Source of the DNA: Candidatus Woesebacteria bacterium | GTDB lineage: Bacteria; Patescibacteriota; Microgenomatia; UBA8517 | Length of the DNA: 64,000 nucleotides | Reading direction: 5' to 3' | Assembly (NCBI GenBank): GCA_013374835.1 | Contig: CP055307.1 | Span: 542,963 to 606,962 of the forward strand | Shown: positions 55,435 through 64,000 of the stretch, one piece after another | Layout of the letters: each line of letters opens with the position of its first letter | How positions within the stretch are numbered: the stretch's first letter is position 1 | Program-made: the position numbers and the translations under genes | The notes under the pieces: model-generated | Seen by the model: only the letters and a program-made list of their open reading frames with translations | The model's database searches: none | What the model was told of the DNA's origin: nothing

Positions 55435-56672
55435 GAAATCTTTTTTTAAGCAATACCTTTAAAGATACCGGTAAGATTTTTGCGGGAAACATTTTTTCTT
55501 CTTTTCTCGCGATTTGTTTCTTTGTTTTGGCCGCCAGGGTGCTTGGGCCTGGTAATTTTGGAATTTTTTCTTCTGTTATTTCTTTATCCTTGATTTTTAT
55601 AGCGATTGGAGATTTTGGTCTTGGATCGGCACTATTTAGATTTGTATCGGCAGAGTTGAAAGATACTAAGAAAGCATCAAAAATTCTCGAATTTTTATTC
55701 AACCTAAGGGTCGGCAGCGCAACTGCGTTTTTAATCATTCTTTTAGTTTTTTCTCCTTTGATATCCGTTATTACTTTTGGAGAGATAAATATGTTTTATG
55801 TTTTTATTTCGATTTTAAATGCTTTTTTCTTTTTAATAGTTGATTTTGAAATTCAGAAATACCAATCGAGGAAGCAATTCAAAACCGCTTCGATTTATAT
55901 TGTTTTGGTTAATTTTTTTAGAGTTTTAGGGTTGGTTTTTTTGGTATTAATAAATATAAAAGACTACAAATATTTTTTAGCGATTTATGCCTTATCAAGC
56001 GGCGTTACTTTTTGTTTTCTTTATTTTGTTGAGCCTATCCAATTAAAGCTGGGTGCTGACTGGAAGGTGAAATTTAGAGATGTCTTTCATTTTTCTGGAT
56101 GGATGGGTTTAAATAAATTGCTTTCTTCGATTGGCTCGAGGATTGATGTAATTTTGATCTATCGAATACTTACTCCTTATGAGACCGGGATATATTCGGC
56201 TTCCAAACAGCTTTCTTTTGGGGTACCACTTTTTGTAGGCAGTTTTGCAACTGTGATTGCTCCTAGATTTTCTAGCATTTCAGAAAAAGACCTGTATATG
56301 TATTTAAAAAAAACTATTGGTCTTTCTGTTTTAATATGCTTTGGTCTTATTTTTGGTATTATTGTTTCACCCTTTATTATCGGTTTGTTTGGTAGTGAAT
56401 ACGCGCATTCTTTGGCCGTTTTGAGGATCTTGCTTTTTTCGTATATTCCTTTTGTTTTATCAACACCGGCCGTGAATTATATTATTTATGCTCTAAAAAA
56501 GCCCAGGGTAATTTTTTATATCACTTTGTTTGATGTTTTTGTGGTTATTTTAGGAAATATGTTTTTTCTTCCGCGTTTTGGCGTGATAGGATCTTCTTAT
56601 CTGCAGGTTGTTGTAAATACGGTGCTGTTTTTTTTCGCTAATGTCTATCTTTTTAGTAAAATAAAAACATGA
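55419..56672 (+). CDS. Wzx-like flippase (MOP superfamily), copy B
   Basis: 417 aa, the same length as copy A at 24902-26155, with about 12 TM helices. ARVLGPGNFGIFSSVISLSLIF parallels RALGPSSYSVLASVFSLYY in copy A. Confidence 0.55.
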   Translation: MQKRLRNLFLSNTFKDTGKIFAGNIFSSFLAICFFVLAARVLGPGNFGIFSSVISLSLIFIAIGDFGLGSALFRFVSAELKDTKKASKILEFLFNLRVGSATAFLIILLVFSPLISVITFGEINMFYVFISILNAFFFLIVDFEIQKYQSRKQFKTASIYIVLVNFFRVLGLVFLVLINIKDYKYFLAIYALSSGVTFCFLYFVEPIQLKLGADWKVKFRDVFHFSGWMGLNKLLSSIGSRIDVILIYRILTPYETGIYSASKQLSFGVPLFVGSFATVIAPRFSSISEKDLYMYLKKTIGLSVLICFGLIFGIIVSPFIIGLFGSEYAHSLAVLRILLFSYIPFVLSTPAVNYIIYALKKPRVIFYITLFDVFVVILGNMFFLPRFGVIGSSYLQVVVNTVLFFFANVYLFSKIKT

Positions 56673-57406
56673 AGAAAAAAAAGGTAATAGTTGTCATGCC
56701 GGCCTATAATGCTGAAAAGACACTTAAAAAGACTTATAAAGATATTGATAAGAATCTTGTAAATGAAATAATTCTGGTTGATGATGGATCTAAAGATAAA
56801 ACTGTAGAAGTTGCTAAAAAGATGGGCATAACGACTTTTTCTCATTATAAAAATTTGGGATATGGAGGAAACCAGAAGACGTGTTATTGGGAGGCTTTGA
56901 AAAGAAAGCCTGATGTGGTTGTAATGATACACCCTGATTACCAGTATGACGCTACTTTGATAGAACAATTGATAAATCCTATACTTATGGGAAGATATGA
57001 TTATATGTTCGGATCGCGCATAAGGACTAGAAAAGAGGCTTTAGCTGGCGGGATGCCATATCATAAATATATTTTTAATAGATTTTATACAATAATTGCT
57101 AATTTGGTCATGGGAGTAAATTTTACAGAACATATGTCGGGTATGAGAGCTTATTCTGCAAAGACCCTGAGGAGAATACCGTTTCAAAGATTTTCGAATG
57201 ATTTTGTGTTTGATCAACAGTTTACTGTTTCGGCAGTTGCCAAAGGGCTTAGGGTAGGTGAAATAGCTATACCGGTACGTTATTATGAGGAAAGTTCCTC
57301 TATTAAGTTTTTCGCAGGTTTGAGATTTGGCCTTGGTTCTTTGTGGTGTTTAGCTTTGTTTATTTTTAATTCTTTGGGTATATATAAATCAAAAATATTT
57401 AAGTAA
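56669..57406 (+). CDS. GT2, Dpm1-like polyprenol-phosphate sugar synthase candidate
   Basis: VIVVMPAYNAEKTL, ILVDDGSKDKT, GYGGNQKT, and a C-terminal hydrophobic helix. It sits immediately after flippase copy B. Confidence 0.65.
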   Translation: MKKKKVIVVMPAYNAEKTLKKTYKDIDKNLVNEIILVDDGSKDKTVEVAKKMGITTFSHYKNLGYGGNQKTCYWEALKRKPDVVVMIHPDYQYDATLIEQLINPILMGRYDYMFGSRIRTRKEALAGGMPYHKYIFNRFYTIIANLVMGVNFTEHMSGMRAYSAKTLRRIPFQRFSNDFVFDQQFTVSAVAKGLRVGEIAIPVRYYEESSSIKFFAGLRFGLGSLWCLALFIFNSLGIYKSKIFK

Positions 57407-58242
57407 TGATTACTTCTCTTACTTTAGTAAAGAACGAAGAAAGGTTTGTTTGGTATTCTCTTTCTTCGGTTATTCCTTATGTTGATCGCGCGATTGTATG
57501 GGATAGCGGAAGTACAGATAACACCAGAAAGATTTTGTTTGAGGTAAAAAGGAAATATGGCAGGAAGGTTGATCTAGAGTTTTTGGACAACTTTAAAATT
57601 GAGGATTATTCTGCTGTATATCAAAAGATGCTTGAGAGGATTGGTACTAAGTGGTTTATGGTGCTTGACGGGGATGAAATTTGGTGGGATCAAACTATTT
57701 CCGATTTTTGTAGTTTTATTAAAAAAAGAGGGGATAATTTTGAATCTGTTGTCGTTCCTACGATAAATTTAGTGGGAGATATTTTTCATTTTCAGGAAGA
57801 AGCTGCTGGTAAGTACAATTTGGCGGGAAAAACAGGGCATTATAATTTGCGTGGGGTAAATAAGGAAATCCCGGGCCTTTATGCTGACAATCCCCATGGA
57901 TATTTTGGATGGAAGGACAAATCCGGGCGGCTGATTCAAGACAGAAATCCCAAAAGAATCAAGTATCTTAATTGTCCTTATCTTCACGCAACTTTTTTGA
58001 GGAGGTCTTCTAGTTTTGAAAAAGACAAGCTTGTATCTAAACGAAAAAAGAAAAGGAAATATGAGATTGGTTTGAGCCTTCCGCGGGATTATTATTATCC
58101 TGAAGTATTTTTTAGAGAAAAACCGAAAATCGTTGAATGCCCGTGGGAGAAGATGGATAGGGGATTTTATATTCGGGCTTTTTTTGAGACTCCTTTGCGG
58201 AAAATTAAGAGGCGTATTTTGCCTGATCGCGTAGGTTATTGA
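57406..58242 (+). CDS. Glycosyltransferase family 2
   Basis: LTLVKNEERFVWYSLSSV, IVWDSGSTDNT, FMVLDGDEIW (DxD). Confidence 0.65.
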   Translation: MITSLTLVKNEERFVWYSLSSVIPYVDRAIVWDSGSTDNTRKILFEVKRKYGRKVDLEFLDNFKIEDYSAVYQKMLERIGTKWFMVLDGDEIWWDQTISDFCSFIKKRGDNFESVVVPTINLVGDIFHFQEEAAGKYNLAGKTGHYNLRGVNKEIPGLYADNPHGYFGWKDKSGRLIQDRNPKRIKYLNCPYLHATFLRRSSSFEKDKLVSKRKKKRKYEIGLSLPRDYYYPEVFFREKPKIVECPWEKMDRGFYIRAFFETPLRKIKRRILPDRVGY

Positions 58243-58243
58243 T

Positions 58244-59050
58244 ATGGGAAAATGTATTCTTTGTGGCAGCAATAAATTTGAAGATTTATATGATAGCCTT
58301 GAGCGGTGTACGAATTGTTTTTTGGTGAGGACGAGAAAGAAAAATGAGGTTAACTATAAAGCTTATTACAGGGACTTTGTATATCGAGAGTATGAGAGTT
58401 ATTTCAAAAACATTTACATGAAGCGATTTAAGCTTATCTCGAGATATGTAAAAAGTCCTGGGCGAGTGCTTGAGATTGGGTCTTCTGTTGGAATCTTGCT
58501 TGGTATTTTTAAGGATAAAGGGTGGGAGGTTTGGGGAGTTGAGCCTTCGAAGAGCATAAAGTACTCAAAAAAAAATGCGCATAAGCTTTTAAAAAGTACG
58601 TTTGAGAAATGCCGACTGCCTGAGTCTTATTTTGATGTGGTTGTTCTTAACCATACTCTTGAGCATATGGAAAATCCGAGGGAGACTTTAAAAAAGGTAA
58701 ATATAATTTTAAAGAGGGGCGGAATTGTTTTTATTGATGTACCGAATTTTGGAAGTTTATCGTCTAGAATAAGCAGAGAATATTGGAAATATTTGCTAAC
58801 TAATGAACATACATATCATTTTACGAAAAGTACTCTTACAAAGATTTTAAGAAAGTGCAACTTTGAAATTGTATATTCAAGGAGCTGGTCTGGGATATTC
58901 GATTCGGATAACGTCTTAAAAAGATTTTGGTTTAATTTTAGTAATTTTAAGTTAAATTTTTTTGTCGATATCTTAGATGCTTTCGGAAATATTGTTTCAA
59001 CTATTTTAGATAGAGGAACAAACTTGGTAATAATCGGCAAGAAAAAATGA
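58244..59050 (+). CDS. SAM-dependent methyltransferase with an N-terminal Cys4 zinc-ribbon
   Basis: CILCGSNKF...CTNCFLV, then VLEIGSSVGILL, FDVVVLNHTLEHMENP and LKRGGIVFIDVPN. Confidence 0.85.
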   Translation: MGKCILCGSNKFEDLYDSLERCTNCFLVRTRKKNEVNYKAYYRDFVYREYESYFKNIYMKRFKLISRYVKSPGRVLEIGSSVGILLGIFKDKGWEVWGVEPSKSIKYSKKNAHKLLKSTFEKCRLPESYFDVVVLNHTLEHMENPRETLKKVNIILKRGGIVFIDVPNFGSLSSRISREYWKYLLTNEHTYHFTKSTLTKILRKCNFEIVYSRSWSGIFDSDNVLKRFWFNFSNFKLNFFVDILDAFGNIVSTILDRGTNLVIIGKKK

Positions 59051-60354
59051 AGATTTACCTCGGTTTTTTGATGTTTTTGCATATATTTATTCTCAGGCTT
59101 CTTTCTTTTACAGCTTGGCCTGAGATGTTTTCTTTTCCTTACTTAATTTCGCAAGGATATTCTTTATATAAAGATGTAGTTTATGTTTATACGCCCATCT
59201 TGCCGTATTTGCTTTTGGGTGTGTTTAGAATATTTGGTTATAAGATTTTGGTGCTTAAGGCGTTTACCTGGATTTTAATTCTTCTAAATGATTTTTTGAT
59301 TTATAAAATCACACACCGCCTTACGAAAAAAGAGTATTTGGGTTTTTTGGCTACCGGAATTTATGTTTTTTTGCAGCCTTTTTGGGAGGGAAACATGCTT
59401 TGGTTTGATTTGGCTTATGTAACGCCCGTTCTTTTATCTTTTTATTTTTTGATAAATAGAAAGTATTTTATAGCCGGTTTGGCTATTTCAATAGCTTTTC
59501 TTACAAAGCAGATTGCTGTGGTATTTGCGGCTTTGTTTTTGATGCAGATTTTTTTGAGCAGGAAACGTGTTGATGAATCGGTATATCGATACGCTGTTGG
59601 CGTTTTGTTTCCAGTTGGGATATTTGCTTTTTATCTTATTTTAAGCGGGGATTTGGAGTGGTTTTTTAACTGGACATTTTACTATCCAATGAAATATTGG
59701 AGTTTGTTCCCGGGGTATATTGACTTTAATTTATCTAAATTGGACTTTTTTGAGATTTTGTGCTTACTTTTGCCTTTTTTGGCTGGGCTATATAAGATTC
59801 GAGGAAAGCCTGTGGCAGGATTTTTGGCGGTGGCGCTTTTAATGTCCTTTTTGGCTTTTTATCCGCGTTTTTCATTTTTTCATCTTCAAATGTTTGTAGC
59901 ATTTTTTGCGATTTATTCAGCTTATATTGTTAAATATGTAGGCCGTAGATATGTTTTTTTGCTGTCAATTTTTTTAATATTTTCCGTTGTCGGGCAATTT
60001 AGAGGGGGTAAGGCTTCTTTCCGTGGGGATAGATTTTGGGAAAAGGAAACTCTTTTATTAGCCGAGAAGCTGCCTCAAAAGAGCCATCTATATTATTTGA
60101 ATTTGCCGTCGCATTATTATTTTTTGACAAAAAGTTTGCCCCCTAAACCTTGGGTTGATAATTTTGGTTGGTATTGGGAGGTGCCTGGTTTTCAACAAAA
60201 AACGCTTGAACGCTGGAGTGTTAATCCGCCGAAATATATTGTTTGGCAAAAAGGAGCCTATGAGCCAAAGGTTGTTACATCGTGGATTAAAGCAAACTAT
60301 AATGTTAATAAATTGGTGGAGAATATAATCATATGGCAGAAAAAAGAAAATTAA
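59047..60354 (+). CDS. Polytopic membrane protein, GT-C/DUF2029-like candidate
   Basis: 435 aa with about 11 TM helices and a soluble C-terminal tail. Confidence 0.35.
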   Translation: MKIYLGFLMFLHIFILRLLSFTAWPEMFSFPYLISQGYSLYKDVVYVYTPILPYLLLGVFRIFGYKILVLKAFTWILILLNDFLIYKITHRLTKKEYLGFLATGIYVFLQPFWEGNMLWFDLAYVTPVLLSFYFLINRKYFIAGLAISIAFLTKQIAVVFAALFLMQIFLSRKRVDESVYRYAVGVLFPVGIFAFYLILSGDLEWFFNWTFYYPMKYWSLFPGYIDFNLSKLDFFEILCLLLPFLAGLYKIRGKPVAGFLAVALLMSFLAFYPRFSFFHLQMFVAFFAIYSAYIVKYVGRRYVFLLSIFLIFSVVGQFRGGKASFRGDRFWEKETLLLAEKLPQKSHLYYLNLPSHYYFLTKSLPPKPWVDNFGWYWEVPGFQQKTLERWSVNPPKYIVWQKGAYEPKVVTSWIKANYNVNKLVENIIIWQKKEN

Positions 60355-61376
60355 AATTAGCTTTTTTAAGCTATTACAGCGGCTTGGTTAATAGGGGAGT
60401 AGAGACATTTGTGCATGAACTTGCTAATGCTTTAAATCGTTTGGGGCATGATGTGATTGTCTTCCAAGGCGGCGGTAAATTAAAAAGATGTAAATACAAA
60501 ACTAAAACAATAAAAATAAAAGGAGATCGGGGTTTGAAAAGCACTATTCGTCGATTTACTTTATATTCTCTTAAAGATATGGATCGGGATGTTGATATTA
60601 TTTATCCGACTAATGGGGGGTGGCAATCTGTTTTGTGTCGTCTTTGGACGTGGAAAAACGGCAAGAAACTGGTTATTTCGGGACAATCTGGTTTGGGGCG
60701 AGATGACAAGATTAACTTGCTTACTTTCCCTGATTGTTTTGTGGCGTTGACAAAAAATCAGAAAAAATGGGCTAAAAAGCAAAATAGGTTTGTCAGAATA
60801 AAAGTTATTCCAAACGGAGTTGACTTACGAAAATTTGATAAATCTATTAAACCTATTGATTTAAATTTGCCTAGGCCTGTTGTTTTAAATGTTTCTGCCT
60901 TTGTTGATTGGAAACGCCAAGAGCTTTTAGTCAGAGCTGTAGCTAAACTTGGAGTGGGATCTTTGCTTTTGGTTGGAAGCGGGCCGGAAAAGGAAAAGTT
61001 AAATATGCTTTGTGAGAAGTTAATGCCAAACAGGTATAAAATTACATCTTATCCATATCACAAAATGCCAGCTGTTTACCCCGCGGCAGACGTATTTAGC
61101 TTCCCAACTGTTTCTTGGGAATCTTTTGGGATTGTTATGCTCGAGGCTATGGCTTCCGGCCTTCCTATAGTTGCTACCAATGATCCGATTCGTGCCGAAA
61201 TTATAGGTAGGGCGGGGATTTTGGTTGACCCAACAAATACAGATGCTTATGTTCAAGCGTTGCGGACAGCGTTGGACAAAAACTGGGGTGATCTGCCCCG
61301 CAAGCAGGCAGAAAAATATAGCTGGGAAAAAATTGCCCTTAAATATGAGGATTTATTTTATTTGATTAAAAAATGA
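60333..61376 (+). CDS. Glycosyltransferase family 4
   Basis: WESFGIVMLEAMASGLPIVATNDPIRAEIIGRAGILVD. Confidence 0.8.
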   Translation: MAEKRKLKLAFLSYYSGLVNRGVETFVHELANALNRLGHDVIVFQGGGKLKRCKYKTKTIKIKGDRGLKSTIRRFTLYSLKDMDRDVDIIYPTNGGWQSVLCRLWTWKNGKKLVISGQSGLGRDDKINLLTFPDCFVALTKNQKKWAKKQNRFVRIKVIPNGVDLRKFDKSIKPIDLNLPRPVVLNVSAFVDWKRQELLVRAVAKLGVGSLLLVGSGPEKEKLNMLCEKLMPNRYKITSYPYHKMPAVYPAADVFSFPTVSWESFGIVMLEAMASGLPIVATNDPIRAEIIGRAGILVDPTNTDAYVQALRTALDKNWGDLPRKQAEKYSWEKIALKYEDLFYLIKK

Positions 61377-62209
61377 AAGTAAGTGTGGTGATAGCGGTTT
61401 ATAACGAAGAGGATAAAATTGATAGGTGCCTTAAGTCGTTAGCAAAACAAAGGTTTGATAATTTTGAGGTTATCGTTGTTGACGATGGATCTACTGATGA
61501 AACTTCACAAGTTTTGTCAAATTTTCAATCTTCAATTTTCAATTTACTAATATACAAGAAGAAACATCAGGGGCCGGGGGCAGCCAGGAATTTGGGAGCA
61601 AGCAGAGCTAGAGGAGAGGTTTTAGTCTTTGTCGATGCGGATATGACTTTTGATCCCCGGTTTATTAAAAATCTTACTCGCCCTATTTTTGAAAAACGGA
61701 CGGCTGGTACAAATACTTCGAGTGAGTTTGTTGGTAATTGGGATAACGTATGGGCAAGGTGCTGGAATTATAACGAGGGTATTTCTAGTAATGTCAGATA
61801 CAAAAAGAATGTAGCTAGCGAGCGGGTGTTTAGGGCTATAAGAAAGAAAGAATTTTTAAGCGTTGGGGGATTTGATCCCGGCGGATATACGGATGACTAT
61901 TCTTTGAGCCGAAAACTCGGTTTTTTACCTTTGGTAATCGATGATGCGATAATTTATCATCAGAATCCTGAGAAACTTACCGAAGTGTTTTTCCACGCAA
62001 AGTGGGTTTCAAAAAGAAGTTATAAGTATGGTGTTTTGGGTATTATTTATACGTTTTTGAAGCTAAATTTATTGATGAGTTTTGCTGTCGGTGCTTTTAA
62101 GGCTGTAAAATATAAAGAAGCACGGTTTTTGGTATTTAAGATTGTTTATGATTTCGGGGCGATTTTGGGCCTTGTCGAATATTTTATTTTTAAAAAAGGA
62201 TATAAATGA
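61373..62209 (+). CDS. Glycosyltransferase family 2
   Basis: VSVVIAVYNEEDKIDRCLKSL, VIVVDDGSTDET, VFVDADMTF. Confidence 0.85.
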   Translation: MKVSVVIAVYNEEDKIDRCLKSLAKQRFDNFEVIVVDDGSTDETSQVLSNFQSSIFNLLIYKKKHQGPGAARNLGASRARGEVLVFVDADMTFDPRFIKNLTRPIFEKRTAGTNTSSEFVGNWDNVWARCWNYNEGISSNVRYKKNVASERVFRAIRKKEFLSVGGFDPGGYTDDYSLSRKLGFLPLVIDDAIIYHQNPEKLTEVFFHAKWVSKRSYKYGVLGIIYTFLKLNLLMSFAVGAFKAVKYKEARFLVFKIVYDFGAILGLVEYFIFKKGYK

Positions 62210-63627
62210 AGAGGGTAAAACCGATTTCAATAATTTTAATTTTGGCGTGTTTAGTAAGACTGGTAGGTATTAACGAGTCTTTTTGGTTGGATGAGGCTAC
62301 TGTAGGCGTTCTGGTGAGAGAGATGAGTTTTTCGCAAATACTTGGTATTTTTGCTTTAGGCGATTTTCATCCACCGCTTTATTATTTGATAGTAAAAGTT
62401 TGGAGTAGTATATTGGGGAGCTCTGAGTTTTCTTTGAGGCTTGTTTCTCTGATTTTTGGTGTGGGGAGCGTTTATCTTGTTTATTTGATAGGTAAAACAG
62501 TAAAAAGTCGATCTTTTGGTAATTTGGCTGCTTTTATTTTTTCAATTAATCCGCTTCATGTTTATTATTCCCGTGAAGCGAGGATGTATGCGATGTCGAC
62601 ATTTTTTGTAACACTTTGTTTTTATAGTTTTATAAAATTACTTAGAAAAAACACCCCTTTTAAATATTGGTATATTTTTTCTTTTTCTTTGGCACTTTTA
62701 TTTTTGACTGATTATATAAATTTATTTGTATTACCGGTTTTTTGGATATTCGTCGCTTATAAAAAAAGAAATGAGCGCGAATTTGTTTTGAAATTTGTTT
62801 TTTCTCATACCGCTTTATTATTGGCGGGGTTTGCAATTTTTCCAATTTTTAAAGAGCAATTTGTATCAGGCTTGGCTGTAAAGGAGAAGTCTTTTGAGTG
62901 GTGGAGTGTACTTGGCACAGTTAATTTTAAAAATGTATTTCTTCTTCCGATAAAGATGGTTATTGGAAGGATTGGATTTGAAAACAGATATGTTTATGGG
63001 ACCATTTTGGCTTTGTTTTTCTCATTTTATGGTTTTTTGTTTTATGGGATTATCAAAAATTACAAAAAATATTTGATATTTTTTTTATGGCTTGTTATTC
63101 CTATTTTGCTGGGTATTTTAATCGGATATTTTATACCCATTTTTGTATACTTTCGTTTTGTCTATATTGTTCCTGCTTTTTGTTTGTTGTCTGCTTATGC
63201 AATTTTTGAATTTAATGAGAAGTATTTTTTACCATTGCTGGGTGGAATTTTACTGATAAGCCTTTTTTCGAATTTTTACTATGTTGATAATGATAGATTT
63301 CACCGTGAAGATTGGCGAAATTTGTCGCGTTTTTTGTCTGAGAAGAAAGATTCAGAAGATAAGGATATACAGCTTTTATTTCCTTCTAATTCACAAAGAG
63401 AAGGTCTTGTTTATTACAACGCGGTTTATAAAGATTTGGGACATGAAGATTTTGGCAGCTTGAAAGAAGGGGAGATTTATCTTGTACGCTATGTCTGGGA
63501 TGTGTTTGATCCGGCAGATCTTTTACGCAAAAAACTTGAGGAAGTAGGTTTTATAAAGGTTAATGAGCACAATTTTAACGGCGTTATTTTGTTTGAGTAT
63601 GAAAAGAGTAATGAGAGTTATAATTGA
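62206..63627 (+). CDS. ArnT/GT39 (PMT_2)-family GT-C glycosyltransferase
   Basis: ESFWLDEATVGVLVREMS...FHPPLYYLIVKVW...FSLRLVSLIFGVGSVYLVY...INPLHVYYSREARMYAM is a typical PMT_2 N-terminal signature. 473 aa. Confidence 0.6.
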   Translation: MKRVKPISIILILACLVRLVGINESFWLDEATVGVLVREMSFSQILGIFALGDFHPPLYYLIVKVWSSILGSSEFSLRLVSLIFGVGSVYLVYLIGKTVKSRSFGNLAAFIFSINPLHVYYSREARMYAMSTFFVTLCFYSFIKLLRKNTPFKYWYIFSFSLALLFLTDYINLFVLPVFWIFVAYKKRNEREFVLKFVFSHTALLLAGFAIFPIFKEQFVSGLAVKEKSFEWWSVLGTVNFKNVFLLPIKMVIGRIGFENRYVYGTILALFFSFYGFLFYGIIKNYKKYLIFFLWLVIPILLGILIGYFIPIFVYFRFVYIVPAFCLLSAYAIFEFNEKYFLPLLGGILLISLFSNFYYVDNDRFHREDWRNLSRFLSEKKDSEDKDIQLLFPSNSQREGLVYYNAVYKDLGHEDFGSLKEGEIYLVRYVWDVFDPADLLRKKLEEVGFIKVNEHNFNGVILFEYEKSNESYN

Positions 63628-64000
63628 TACTTCCCAAATTGTTTATGGTACAGGCGTTTCGGTTTATACTGAAAACCTAGTTCGTAATTTGCTGGTATTG
63701 GATAAAAAAAGCCGATATGTACTTTTTGGTGGTTCTTTGCGGCAAAAGGGGGAATTAACAGACATACTTTCTGAATTTTCACAAAAAAATGTAGATATTA
63801 AGATTTATCCTTTTGCCCCGAGTATGCTTGATTTGATGTGGAATAGACTTTCTGTTTTGCCTATAGAACTGTTTTGCGGTAAAGCAGATGTTTACCATTC
63901 ATCTGATTGGGTCCAAGCTCCTTTTGGAGGTTTTAAGGTAACAACTGTACATGATTTATCACCCTTTCTTTTTCCAGATGAAACCCCCAAAAAAATCGTT
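63611..64000 (+). CDS. Glycosyltransferase family 4, 3'-truncated at the window edge
   Basis: The ATG at 63611 overlaps the upstream stop. MRVIIDTSQIVYGTGVSVYTENLVRNL...DVYHSSDWVQAPFGGFKVTTVHDLSPFLFP is a GT4 N-terminal domain of the Glyco_trans_4-like type. Confidence 0.65.
   Translation, partial: MRVIIDTSQIVYGTGVSVYTENLVRNLLVLDKKSRYVLFGGSLRQKGELTDILSEFSQKNVDIKIYPFAPSMLDLMWNRLSVLPIELFCGKADVYHSSDWVQAPFGGFKVTTVHDLSPFLFPDETPKKIV

Noticed and set aside
1-64000. Alternative genetic code, with UGA recoded as in some CPR lineages
   Set aside because: TGA terminates several well-supported ORFs at positions consistent with homolog lengths (for example 16077-16079, 45856-45858 and 63625-63627). Motif-bearing reading frames are uninterrupted under code 11.
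1-64000. CRISPR arrays, tRNA or rRNA genes, prophage or insertion sequences
   Set aside because: No spaced direct repeats were seen. Intergenic gaps are almost all under 70 nt, too short for RNA genes, and none resembles a tRNA. No integrase, transposase or phage structural motifs were found in any frame I inspected.

Overview
The window is a single, almost gap-free block of cell-surface glycan and glycoconjugate biosynthesis genes. About 52 CDSs are packed with mostly overlapping stop and start codons, and 47 of them are on the + strand. GC content is low. The sequence uses the standard code, with TGA, TAA and TAG as stops and coherent ORFs. Gene content and architecture resemble a Patescibacteria (CPR, possibly Microgenomates-like) genome, but that assignment is inference from content only.

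I see no rRNA, tRNA, CRISPR array, transposase, integrase or phage gene.

Content by class:
- 13 GT2 glycosyltransferases. Four are DPM1/GtrB/ArnC-like polyprenol-phosphate sugar synthases.
- 6 GT4 glycosyltransferases.
- About 19 polytopic GT-C-type membrane proteins: YfhO-like, ArnT/PMT_2-like, PIG-V-like and DUF2029/GT87-like.
- 2 Wzx-type flippases.
- 6 class I SAM methyltransferases, two with N-terminal Zn-ribbons.
- One SDR reductase.
- One NodU/CmcH carbamoyltransferase preceded by two SxtK/SxtJ-like microproteins, one of which is missing from the ORF track.
- One SGNH/GDSL hydrolase.

The features most worth a second look are:
(i) a tandem array of six divergent ArnT-like GT-C paralogs at 9.2-21.0 kb;
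(ii) a 1124-aa fusion of a YfhO-like module with an ArnT/PMT-like module;
(iii) a duplicated flippase + Dpm1-like GT2 module;
(iv) a carbamoylation/methylation tailoring set;
(v) the near absence of canonical Wzy/Wzz, priming phosphoglycosyltransferase and nucleotide-sugar genes.

Together these suggest an extracytoplasmic, lipid-linked-monosaccharide-driven glycosylation system, analogous to Ppm1/Pmt or YfhO/GtrB systems, acting on an unknown protein or polymer acceptor. All functional calls rest on motif-level recognition from translated sequence; no database search was possible.
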